DNA of 64,000 nucleotides from Perna viridis. Lineage: Eukaryota. How positions within the stretch are numbered: position 1 is the first letter of the stretch; each line of letters opens with the position of its first letter. The stretch covers positions 35,798,704-35,862,703 of the forward strand of contig CM074521.1 of NCBI GenBank assembly GCA_037379345.1, read 5' to 3'. This document shows, in pieces, positions 36,630 to 49,900 of this stretch. The notes below the pieces were generated by a model. It saw only the letters and a list, made by a program, of their open reading frames with translations, was not told where the DNA came from and searched no databases. Position numbers and translations under genes: made by a program.

Positions 36630-37700
36630 TACAAGGAAATAAGTTAAACTGCTGGGTGTTACCTTTGATTTCAAATTAACCTTCAAGTCTCTATAAAAAA
36701 GGCGTCTCAAACTATTCTCGCATTAGGAATAGGAGAGTTCGCCAATCTCATTAGTGATGTCATATTCACTAATTTGCATATCATTAAGTGTCAAATTGGT
36801 TGGCAAATAAACAACTAAATAAACAATTGACAATTTCATGATTAGAATCCCAATTTTCAAACTTTATAACTTTGTTATTTTATATCCAATTTTGGGTCTG
36901 TAAAATGTTTCATTTAGATAAAATAATTCATATTATGTATGTGAATTTATAAATGTTTTACTTGAAAAAAATAAATTTGTAGTGATATTTATATGTAAAC
37001 CTCTATTTTTGTATAAAATTATAATTATAATCTTATGTACATATAGTCTAATTACTGAAAATTTATTTAAAAATTCCGTGGATAAAAAGAATTTTATTTG
37101 CAATGTTGGGAGCCAAAAAAATTGTTCAATTATCTTTAAAAATGAAAAGTTATGATGCTTTAAAGCTGATACCCTATGCCACTCAATGAATTGTTTGCCA
37201 ACTAAAACCAAACCACATGTAAGTGATGACATCACGAAGAACTCTCCTATAGTTTGAGTAAACTAGGAAACCTTACAATGTATTATTCATTTATATTGTA
37301 GAATTTGAACTATTGCCCTTTCATGCCTTTAGTTTGACATTTTTGTGGTGAAGGTAACACAAAGAAATTACAGAAAATACAAGAAAGAGCGCCATTAAAG
37401 GTTCATCTACAGCGGCTCAGACAGTTCCTATGAAATTCTACCTGAAAAATTACCTTCACTAAGATTCAGAAGGATGCGTTTTATGGCATTAGAAATCTAA
37501 TAAGACAATCAACAAAAAGACTCCTACATACTTACAAGAGTTAATAACTATAAAAGACAATTCTTACTATACTCTTTAAGAAACAACAATACTGCTATTT
37601 TACCGTGAGCTAACACAACAAGTTAAGGACTACATTCAGTGAGATATGGAAAGGTTAAACCATGTAATGAGCTTCCAAATAAATTTCGGGAGGAAATGAG
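36630..37700 (+). mobile_element. Degenerate CR1/L2 LINE 3' fragment interrupted by a MITE (36729-37250)
   Basis: KLLGVTFDFKLTF, then after the insert NLNYCP...KTPTYLQELI...NELPNKFR-like remnants. Insert TIR ataggagagttc / gaactctcctat. Confidence 0.6.
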
Positions 37701-37938
37701 TTTATCATGTTCTTTGTGCATTTAGACACTGGTTTTTCGTGGGTTTCATGAAATCATTCACCGAGAATTTCAAATGGTACGAATACTCACGGGCCTTGCT
37801 AAATAGTTCAATGAATTATGTGGAAGCAAGACGCAAGAAATTTGTCGCATTTAAAATCGTTTCAGTATTATTAGATACCAAAAATTAAATCTGATAAATC
37901 TACCTTTTATCAATCGACCTCAGTGCGATGAATATAAA

Positions 37939-40900
37939 ATGGCTGCCACAACAAGAGAAGGTTTGGATTTACAAAATAGCTTTTAAATTAAATCAGTGAT
38001 GCTGATAGATTAATCGATATTATATATGACAATACCTATGAATAGTCGGATAAAAATATCGTGTAATACAAGTATATGGTTTTTGAAAAGCCCCATATTA
38101 TCAATGTTTACTGCTTGCATGTCGCTAGTTAAAAATAATGGCAACATACATGTAAATAAAAAACCGACGTCTGTTGTACCTTTATTTTTAATGAATTGCC
38201 CATAGCATGCACTTTTCTGTATAATTTAGCAAATTGTAGGTGTCACTTACCAAACATATTTAGCTAATGTAAATTATGTCTTACTCTTACTTTCACTTAC
38301 CTGCGAAACGTAGCTCTAACGATTTTATTTTGTATTTTCTTAACGTTAGAGTCTAGATCGCAAAATCAAAAAAAAAAAAAAAAGATCAAGAGCTACGATT
38401 TCGCAGCTAACTTTCACTTACGGCAATGTCAATAGACAATTTTATTTGCACAAACACATTTACTGTAAATGGTTATGGCATGAACAAAAACAGAACAATG
38501 TAATATACATTATATATAAAATTTATGACCATGGTGCGACAGTGGTATAAATCTGATCAAAACAGATTAATCTATAGTTGTAACTTTATATATTGATATA
38601 ATTTCTGTTAAAATAAATTGATCTTCAATTCCAACATTCATTCATGAATTTGATAGTTATTTTTAGTATTTCTATAGAGCTACTGTTTAATATATACGCT
38701 ATGACTCTTGGTGTGAGGTGAGGTTTTGATGAAGAAATTAAATTATAGTTGTCCAATTTCGTTCTGTATTGATTGCTTTGTCGTGTGTAGTGGGTGCACA
38801 CCAAGAAGAAATGATATTCATCCTCTATATTCCTACTATCACATGATTACAAGTACGTTTTTTCTCTCTCTGTTTTTGTACCAACCCTTTTCTATTTCTA
38901 GTGCATGTGCACTCAAACAAAATTTACTGATATAGATCTTTCTATTTTAGATTTACATAAATCAGTATATGGAGGTCTTTTAGACAGAATAAATATTTTA
39001 CAGAAAAATGACAGTTTTTCACTCATAGCTAGTGAGCCCACTAATTTTGCTTAAACTGATTGTGTAGTTTTTGTTTGATTCTTTTGATATAAAATTGAAG
39101 ATTATTAAGTTGTAAGTTAAGATGACAGATTCCTAATTTATTTAGTATATTTTTTACATCTGACATCCACAAATTGTTGTTTTTAACTTCTCTGAACATT
39201 TCATATTTTTTACATCTGACATCCACAAGTTGTGGTTTTTAACTTCTCTGAACATTTCATAGACTAGTGTATCAGGGGAGTTGAGGATATGGTTTAAAAA
39301 TTTAATCGTATTCAATTTAACTTTTAGATGAAGAGATGTTCTGTTCAGTTCTGCTAAGCATGCAATGTTTGTAGTTTTATTATTTACTCCATGGATTTCT
39401 TTTATGAATTTCAAATGTAAGTGTTCATATGGGTCAGAGTCACTGAAAGTTTTTCCAGCTCTCCAGACCTCACTTCCATGAAGAATAACAGGTATTACCA
39501 AAGTGTCAAATAACTTTTCAAGTAACTTACGAGGAACATCTATAGATATGACATTTTTTATTTTAAGCCAGGCCTTTCTTCCCTTCTCCATTAGGTTATT
39601 TTTTGATAGATTCAAATTATCATTGTAGTTAAATGTAATGCCCATGTAGCACTAAGATTTTACTGTTTCTAGCATATTTTCATCAATACTGAAGTTGTTG
39701 AGAAAACTTTTTCCATTTGAATTGAATATTATTATTTTCCATTTTTTTGTGTTTACTTCGAGTTTCCATGAAATGTAAAAATCATTATGAATGTTAAGTG
39801 CATTTTGCAGGCCTTTTTCTGTTTCTGACAGCAGAATAATATCATCTGCATACATCAGTGATGTAATTTTTAAAATACCAATTAATATTTGTTCAGTGTT
39901 CCCATTTTTAAGCTGATCAAAAATACCATTTATAAACAGATTAAAAGGGGTTAGACTGAGGACATCACCTTGTTTAACTCCACAACTGGAGGGAAAATAT
40001 TGACTTAAACAGTTTGGGAATTTCATTCGACATTTTGTGTTTTGATAATAGAATAAATGATATTAAAAGTTTTATTCGGGACTTTATGTTTTGATAATAT
40101 ATAGAAGAGGCCCTCTCCCCAAACCGTGTCAAACGCCTTTTTAAAGTCTGTAAAGGTGACAAAGACTTTCTTTTTTTTTGTGACTGGTCTTGATGGGATG
40201 CTTGTTTCAGGGAGGAATTTTTTGGCGCTTTTAGTGGAATTCTGCTATTTCAAATCTGAATTTTTCTGTTACGATTCTTTTTTTACTGTATGTTTTTTTC
40301 CAATTTTGCCAATTTCTGCTTTGTTTTTAGATCTCGTAAATTCATCCCTGTAATGTTTAAATTGGTACAATAACCACACACTAAACATTATTTCATTCAT
40401 TGTATTAATATGAGGAAGGCATTGGCCTTAATTGCGAGCAAGGTCTGAAGCAAAAGTTTCAGGTTCCCTTTTCAACAAATTAGGTTTCATCATGGATCCG
40501 AAAACGGTAAAAAATGCCGGTCATTGACAGACAAATTTTGCATATGACCGACGACAATTTTTTAATATTTGACATAAAAAAATTGTCAACCCTTATAAAT
40601 TAGTTGGCGTGGTTTTATTAGTGTATAAACATCCTGTCTACCAGTCTCCTCATTGTTTATTGGAAATTAATTGACAGGCGTGTCTCAATTTTTGCCGATG
40701 TGCAGCCACCTATGACTGTGATTTACCTGTAACTGATTAGTTGATTGCATAACTGAATTAACGGTACACATGCAGCCCCATTGCATATATGAATTAATTA
40801 AAGTAACTTGGAGAATTTTCATACATTTATTAATTAAGAAAAAAGATTAACAAGTCCACCATTTTCCCGCTGATCTTTCAGAGGTAACGAAAGCACATGG

Positions 40901-43900
40901 AACTGAAACTACGAATCAGTCGTACATGTAGTTTGTAATTATTTTAAATTTGTTGATTAAATCGTTATAACACAGAAGTCAACATACCATTTAAATCAAT
41001 ATACAAAATGTGTTAGCGATTTTCTTATATAAATAATCAACATTTTTTTTTCTTCACTCGGAAGTTTTCGGCTATTTGCCTCTGTGATGAAAAAGTCCGA
41101 GAGATACAATGTTTGGTTTACATGTTGGAACATCCACGTGTGGTCGAAACTCAAACTCGTTGACTCGCTTTGATATTTTGTAAAATACAGAGTATGTGAT
41201 GAAATGACATACTTTCCAATATTTATCTTAAAATAACTACATACAAACGTTTTTTTTTTAAAGTTTATTTTCAAGCTGAGCATGTAAAAGACAAAAATGT
41301 CCAGCATGGGCTGTCAAAATTTCAGGACCCTTAGGCTTCATGTCATTTATCTTTTTGCAAAGTTTTCTTGGAATTTTTCATTAGTTATTTAAATAATTAG
41401 TTACAAGATTAAAATGTATCTATATATCATTATATAGAGTCTGCCAAAAAAATACTTTAAACATCTTCATTATTACTGGTTTTTGAATGCAATTTGATGT
41501 AGGGATGGAGAAGGTATATTAAAAAAAATTATCCTGGAAATTTTTATTTCTTATTTTTTGTTTTTATCGTGAAAAAAATGGAAGTCTTGGATAAGTTATT
41601 ATCATGTATTTCATTCTTATCATGGGCCTTAAAATTTAAATTACCTCTTAGTCCCTCCTGATAATAATTCAACTCGATATTTTATTGGAAAAACGACATA
41701 CATTTTTAATACAGTAATCATATGGTTGCTTTCTTTTGGTCACATTAGACTGTTGTTTTAGGAGATTTTACATTTGGATATTGATACTGTATGTGACACC
41801 TAGTTAAAAGTTTTGATGCAATTTTTACTACGGAAGGAAAGTGGAGTTGTTATTATTTGCCACCAGCTGTGCTCAAGAAAATATCTGAATCCATTGTTGA
41901 AAAAAAACATGATTTCTTTTTCAGAGATAGAAGAACAAGTGCGACATTTACAAAATAAGAAAAAGAAGCTGACAGAAGAAGAGGATGTTGAAGTCAACAA
42001 AGTAGGATTAGGGGCTGAAGGTCACTATGATACAGATATTTACAGTGCTAGTGGAAAGTTTGAAGGATATGTCACATCTATTGCTCCTAATGAAGAATTG
42101 GATGTAAGTACATTGTATGTTAAATGTGTATTAGGACAATATCAAGAGTGAAAACAGTATTTCATCAATAAAATTGGGATTGAACAGAATTCAGTATAAA
42201 ATTTATTCAGTAATAGGTTTGAAAGAATGCTTTAAAGGCAGGATAAATAAATATTTATATGAATAACCAATAAAAACATTTCAATGATTAATGATACATA
42301 CTGGGAAACTATCGTCAGGAGAAACAGCTTTATTTCGGAGGTACACATACTTCAAGGCAAACGATATCACTGCTCAAGTAATAAATTGTATGTCCAGCTT
42401 GGTAGAAAAAAATAAACAAATGAAAATATTAGATTTAAAAAAAAATCATTTATATGTTACAGGATGATGATGATATTGGGGCAGGTTACCAGAAGAGAGG
42501 GTCATCGTATACAGCACCGCTCAATTTTCTAAATGACACTGCTAATGACAAGGTGAAAAACAGAGTGGATATTCAGATTTATATTCAAATTGTTTAAAAA
42601 ATTTGTAAATTTTATTATCGAGATTCAAGAATTATAATAATAAAACTTTCGATACGATATTATAAATTATACATTTTGCACGATCCCTTTATAAACTTAT
42701 AATCACATTCTGATATACTACTCATCACTTCCCCTAGTTTATATGCTTTGCTGAACAGGAAATGAAAAAAAGAAACATTATAGAATGTGATTTTAGCACT
42801 GAGTGTGGAAGAGGTGTCAAAACTGAAGTAGGAACTATACACTCTACACATGAGATTGCATTAGGCATTGAATGATAATTATTTGTTTTATTATTTTACA
42901 GGACTATGATCCTATGGCTGAGCACAGAGCTCCAAAGATTGCTGAGCGAGAGGGAGAATATCGAGCTAGAATGAGACAGAGAATTATCTCCCCTCCCAGA
43001 TACGATCCTTTTGCTGATGGTTGGTATCTTTCTTTTGTTTTCTGTTAACCTTAATAATACTACTTAAGAATTGAACTCTTTCAAACAATAACTGTAGGGA
43101 TATATGTACCATTAATTAAAAAAAAAATCGGGAAATTTTGAAACTGAAAAATAATATTTATATGGGTTTTGCAGAATTTTGTGGTATAATTCTCTGGAGT
43201 TAAAGTTTGAAATTGTTCTTCATTAAATTGTTGGGATTTGTTTTTAAATGTAATTCAGATCCAATCATATCTCAAAAATATGTTGCTAAAATGGTTTGTA
43301 ACAGTATGTTTGAACTGTGATTTTTTCACTTTATGAGATTTTTTCGTTGTGTTTAAATTTTGATGACATGTCTACCAAGAGTTTTCAGAGTAACAGCCAC
43401 AAATACTACTATTTAGACAAAAAACATTGAGGAAACAAAATTTTAACAGCCCCTGTTAGGATGAGATCTGCCTACTTCGTCACATTTTAAGCTTTGTAAA
43501 GTATTTTTCAAAATAGTTGATTTTTATGGCTTAGTAAAATGTTGATCAATGGATTCCAATTATTTGATTGGTTAAAGAAATATTATCAATGATTTGTGGT
43601 TTCCATTTGAAACATTGAAATTTACTAATGACATGTTATTGTCATGTGATTACATTCTGAATAATCTAATAGGTAAGACAGGTTTTGTTTTATTTTGATA
43701 TTTTTAAATATTTTTGGGGGATACTATGTGTACTGCATTGCATCACGCTATGATAGAAACTTTAAGTTGATCTGATTAAACAACCTTATTAGCAATTGAA
43801 GTACTTCATTTTCATACATTTCCTTTGGTCAGCCTTTGGCAACCTTGTTTTTTTACAAGTTTCTCACTTCTTATTTATAATGAAATTTTATAAGCTTTGA

Positions 43901-46900
43901 GTAGTTTTTTGGTCTTCCTTAGTAACTATGGATATAAAACTAGACTTGCTTTCATTGTTGGTGATACAGGTAACTAACTTAAGGGAAAAATTTTGTTTTT
44001 GTTTCCATTTAAACTTAAAATTCGACTTATTGATTCTTAGTATTGTTTATTTGGCAGTAAATGTAAAGAACATCTCCCTTTATGACAGTAAATGTAAAGA
44101 GCATCTCCCTGTATGGCAGTAAATGTAAAGAATATCTCCCTTAATTTCTTTCGTTACATATTCATCTGGAAAAATTACACAGCGGGAAGATTTATTACTT
44201 TTCATTTCATTTCTGGTTAAATTATGTATTTTTTGGGTAGGGGGTGTAGGTACAGAATAGAATTTTTATGAAATGTTGTGTACAAATCAGAGAATCAGTT
44301 TAAGAATGAAAAGATGAGAGATGAAGAAGAATGAATGGTTATGAGAATGCATGCACATAAGATATTTGCTTATTTATACACAAATCACAGTGGAAAAGAT
44401 TTTAATATTAGTTATCTTTCCTTTCTAGCGACCAGAGGTTCTGTGGAGAGGACTGAAACAGAAACACATCTTAAAATGAGGTGGTTTACCTCAAGTTCAA
44501 CATCAATTTTACCTTAAACCTTTATGGCTTTATCCCCAAGCACTTATCTTTAAATGTTTAAACATTTGATAGTTTGTGACTAGTGTTTAGGAATAAGAGC
44601 TATTGTACTTAAGTTTAGCAGCTTGAATGTCTAACACACAAAGTTTTCGAGTCTTTTATTTTTCTCTTTTGGCGTAATGATGAAGGTAACAAACTTCAGG
44701 TATAAAATATAATCAGTAGAAATTTTTTTATTTTTATATCTTGGAAAAATTGTGATAAGAGAATTACATGATAAACAACAAATAAGACCCCTCTGAATGT
44801 GTGTCTACATAGTGTGATAGAAAAAGATTTACTATATTAATATGAGACTAATTTTAGGATTATTGGATGCAGGTTATTGATGGTGAAATGAGAAGATACA
44901 CGGAAGCGTACGTATGAATAATGGTCAAATGGTAAAAATAGGCACAACTAATGCTGGAATGGTGACTAGATGCTTCATTTTAGCAACTGTCAGATATGGA
45001 CATATGAAAGTACTATCTATTTTGGATACTGTAATTAATGGGTATGAACTGAGGTAGTGATGCAAAAATAACTTATTATTGACCTGTTTGGACATCCCTA
45101 TGATCTCACTGGTGTTTGTGTGATCATTCCAGCATTAGAACAGTTCACAACTTTCCACAACATCATTGGAGTAATCAAGTGTTTTCTGTACTTTTTTTCC
45201 TTGTGAAGAGAATGTACTTTAGATTCATTTCTAAATAGGTGGTTGTGAACTGTTCAAGTTGTCATAGGATTTGTTTTGAGTAAAATGTTAAAATTTCATC
45301 TTTATTTATTGATTGAAGTCTCATTCTTGTACTTATTTTCTGTATGTCACGGCCGTGTGTCGTGACATTTTTTCTTTATATTTTCAGGCGGGAAAACACC
45401 AGACATCAATGCCAGAACATTCTCCAAGGTCATGGTCAGTCAGCAACTGGACAGAGAAAAGGTTAATATCACTAGTGAAATGTACTTAGTGTTTATACAA
45501 GCATGTTTGTTTGTTTGTTGGGGTTTAACGTCCGAGCAGCAATGTTTCAGCTATATTCAGACGATTTTATGCAAGCATAAAATATAAAAAAGCACACATC
45601 CTTTTTTACTCTAAACATTATGGGCCATATATTTATATTGTAAAGTTCAGATAATAATATGACCAGTATAAAAATTACTCGTACAGGTTTTGAAAACTTC
45701 TGATTATTGTATGGCAAATTAATGTAAACCTGCAAAAAGCTGTGGTTAAAAGATGTCTGGCATTTTACATAGAAACTAAACATTGATTCTTAAAAAGTCT
45801 AGGACATAATCCCCTATCTTATAATAAGCATAATGTTAATGTAAAAATATTTTTGTTTTGTTTTTTTGTTTGGTTGGTTTTTTTTGTGTGTATTTTTAAA
45901 AATTTTTCTTTTGTTGTGACAGTTCCTTTTATATTGGTACTGCATTTTATTTGTGTTTGTCTTTTTTTGTGTAATTTTTAATGCTATTTGGTGTATATGG
46001 GAAGTTTTTGTTTGAATTAAAATGGTTCAATTTCTGTGTATTTTTTTCAAGGGTTTACTCATTTTATATTCGATGTTATATTTCTTATTATCAGAATCAT
46101 TTGAAATTTCATCAATGAAATAAGAAAAGCTGCCAGTAATACACTTTTTAAAAAGAAAATAAAATGACTGTTTTTAGATATATTTTTAAAGAATGTATAT
46201 TCAACAACTGTTATCATTTTATTGATAAAATATTGTCTTAAAAAGAAACGAAAAGTTAAAATGTAAACAATTTAGAAATTAAATTTCAAATTTTGCACTT
46301 CCAGTACTAATAGAAATATTCTTCATAATTGATTAAATAATTTCTCACGGGGGGAGGCTTTTTTCCTGATCCCCTTAACTTGAAGTGTTTTATTTATTTC
46401 GTTGTGATTGCTGTAAGATACCATAAGGTTAAGGAGCAATGATTCTGCTAATATTTGTCTAGGTACCTTGATCTTCATGATTTGTATAATATACTGTAGA
46501 AGTTTACAACGTTTAATTAAAATGATACATTATGATTTGAAGTAGTTGTTGTGATTCTAGTCACTATAATTTAATGACATGATTTTTATTTTTATTTTTT
46601 CAGAAACTTTTGGAGAAACAGATGCAAGAAAAAGCCAAGGATGGAAGTCTAAAGCCTGTAAATGGTTCACAACCAGATGCTTCAGCACAGAAGGTTCAAG
46701 CTGCTGCTGCTGCTGCTGAGAAGAAAAAACGTAGATGGGATCTGTCTGCTGAAGATACACCTCAAACCAAAAAGGCTAAAAGTGGATGGGAAGAAGCTGT
46801 TACACCCTCTAACACTCGCTGGGACGAAACACCTGGCAGACAGAAAGGGTCTGAGACTCCTGGGGCTACACCTGGACAAAGTACAAGACAGTGGGACTCT

Positions 46901-49900
46901 ACACCAAGTCACCTGACACCTGGGGCCACCACACCTGGACGTGGAGAAAGTACACCTGGTCATCAGGCCACACCTAGTGCAAGAAGAAATAGATGGGATG
47001 AAACTCCAAGGACTGAAAGAGGTAAGTTGGTGAAATAGGTGGGATGAAACACCATCGACTGAAAGAGGTAAGTTGTCATTAACATGAAAAAGCCTTTATT
47101 AGAATTAAGAATTTTGTTTTGCAAAATAAAGAGGAAAAAGGGTTTATATTGCATTGGTAAAAATGATAATTGCTGCAATTGAAGTATTGCATTATTTTAT
47201 AAATAAATATTATGTTTACAGAAAGAGCTGTTGTTACTGTAGGTTTGTTTACTTATACATAAATATACGTGAACACTGAATCAGCTGATGTTGATATCTT
47301 TTTCCAGAAACTCCGGGTCATGGTAGTGGATGGGCAGAAACTCCAAAAACAGATAGAGGTGGTGACCTCATCCAGGATACCCCCACTCCAGGTGCCAGCA
47401 AGAGACGTTCTAGATGGGATGAAACTCCAGGTGCAACACCAAGTGGTGCAGCTTCTGGAAGTGCAACACCTAGTGGACAGACACCTGGTGGATTAACACC
47501 AAGTATGACACCAGGGGGGACAACTCCAGGTGGATCAACACCAAGTGGTTTTACCCCCGGTGGACAAACACCAGCTGGGTTTACACCTAGTGGTACTACT
47601 CCTGTTGGACCCAAGGCTATGGCCATGGCCACACCTTCTCCCAATCAGCTGATGTCAATGACACCAGAACAGTTACAGGCCTATACATGGCAGAGAGAAC
47701 TGGATGAGAGAAATAGACCAATCACTGATGATGAGCTGGATGCCATTCTTCCACCTGGTTATAAGGTAATTTACAATGGAAAACCCAATAGGATGATTAT
47801 ATATGACCAAAACGAACTGATCTTAAACACTTTGCTAGGGTTTTATTAGATGAACATATTTGTACCAAAGCAGTGTGTAGAGGTATTAGTAAAAGTTTAT
47901 GAATCTTTCAATATGACAAGAATAACAGACTCAATTCCATTGAAGTAGAAATAGATTTTTCAGAATGTTGATAAAACATTGAACCTAACAACACAGCATT
48001 CTGTAACTTCAGTAAAGTAATTGATGATCTGTATAATATGTATTCTGTCATAATATTCAGAAATTGTCTATTTGCAGGTTTTAACTCCACCAGCTGGTTA
48101 TATTCCTGTCAGAACCCCAGCCAGACGTTTGTTAGCCACACCCACACCTATAGCAGGTACTCCAACAGGTTTCCGTATACAGACACCAGACAACAAAGTC
48201 CAAGTTGTAGATATGCAGCCCAAAGGCAATCTGCCCATGATGAAACCTGATGACATGCAGTACTTTGACAAGTTATTAGTAAGTGTTTATTGTCTTCAAC
48301 CATTATTTAACTATTTGAAAAAGAGATGACTAAAATAACTGTTGATATATTTTTAGTGGCATACTTAATTGCACAGAAAAAGAAATCTAATATGATGAAC
48401 AATCCCATTCATATTAAGAATCATAAAATTTTGTTATTGAGTGAAAAAAAAAATAGAATGCTATTATCTGAAGAGCTTCCAATTATAGTTGGTGTAATCA
48501 TTTTTTCATATATGCTTTAATAAAAAATGAATGGATAATGACATGATATAGTCTTTAATACAAATCTAGCTTGCATTAAATAAGCAGTTTACCAGAAATT
48601 TTGACAGATTAAGAATACCATATAGAGAGTAATTTTCCTGGGTGAAAAATGTTGGTATTTGCCCTATGAAATGGGGTATTAAATTTTTGTGGTCTTTTGT
48701 TTTAGCATCTTCAGATTTAATGGAATTAAAATATACGTAAAAATATCTGGACTTCAATTTGGGAAGCATTTATATTCATAATTCCTCAAACTGCAAGTAT
48801 AGTGAAAATTGGGACCTCACAGAAATTTCCTGCCCTACAGTATACTGAATGACAATAAATTTGGTATGTTTGTATATATAGGTTGATGTTGATGAAGAAG
48901 CATTGAGTGCTGAGGAACAGAAAGAAAGAAAGATCATGAAGCTTCTCCTGAAGATAAAGAACGGAACTCCTCCTATGAGAAAGGTAATGGACTTCATTAT
49001 ATACATGTAGCTCATGTTAGATGTATGTAAAATTGAACTGTTTTGATGTCCCAGGCCTTCTTGTTTTAATTTTGTAACCCCTTCAAACAAAGTTTTTTTG
49101 ATATATATAGGCATTGGGCATTTATCCATATTTAGATGTGAATGAAGAAATTAAACTATTTTAGAGGACTCCAAAGAGAGATAATCTATCATAAAAGTTT
49201 TACATTGAACTTTGGATGCTGGGGTATTCTCAGGGGTATTCTCTTTGTGAGCTTTAGCTTGAGCCATAACAAATAACAATTTATAAGTATCTAAGAAGAA
49301 ATAATAGGAAATCCTGTTTATTTCATTGTTCTTTTTTAAGAAAATAAGTTGATGTAATTAAGAATAATGAATATTCATCCTAATTGTTCCCTGTATTCAG
49401 ATATTTTTTTATTTCAGGCTGCACTACGACAAATTACTGACAAAGCAAGAGAATTTGGAGCAGGTCCTCTTTTTAACCAAATTCTCCCCTTACTTATGTC
49501 CCCAACCCTTGAGGACCAGGAGAGACATTTGTTGGTAAAAGTCATTGACAGAATACTGTACAAACTTGATGATTTGGTACGACCGTATGTCCATAAGATT
49601 CTTGTTGTTATAGAACCTTTGTTGATTGATGAAGACTACTATGCCAGAGTGGAAGGCAGAGAAATCATCTCTAATTTAGCAAAGGTAAGGATACATGTAT
49701 ATCTTGGTGATTTGTAAATGAATCTAAGCTGTGACCTTAGAATCACAGAGGGTATGATTTCAGTCTGACAGGTTCTATATTAAAGTCGAAATATGGAAAA
49801 ACATGAGCTGCAGACAGGGCGTCCCAAGTCTACTAAGATCTAGTGATTTATCTGTGGATAAGGCCTTTTTTAATTGTTAATTTCCTCGTACAGGTTATGC

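Noticed and set aside
44677-44797. Possible C/D snoRNA (ATGATGA ... CTGA)
   Set aside because: No terminal stem or recognisable guide; the C-like box overlaps the cryptic donor cluster.
45050-45071. TGAGGTAGT, matching the 5' end of let-7
   Set aside because: Only 9 nt match, the rest diverges, and there is no clean pre-miRNA hairpin.
46557-47644. Antisense and alternate-frame ORFs over SF3B1 exons 6-7
   Set aside because: Shadow ORFs of low-complexity TP/G-rich coding sequence.
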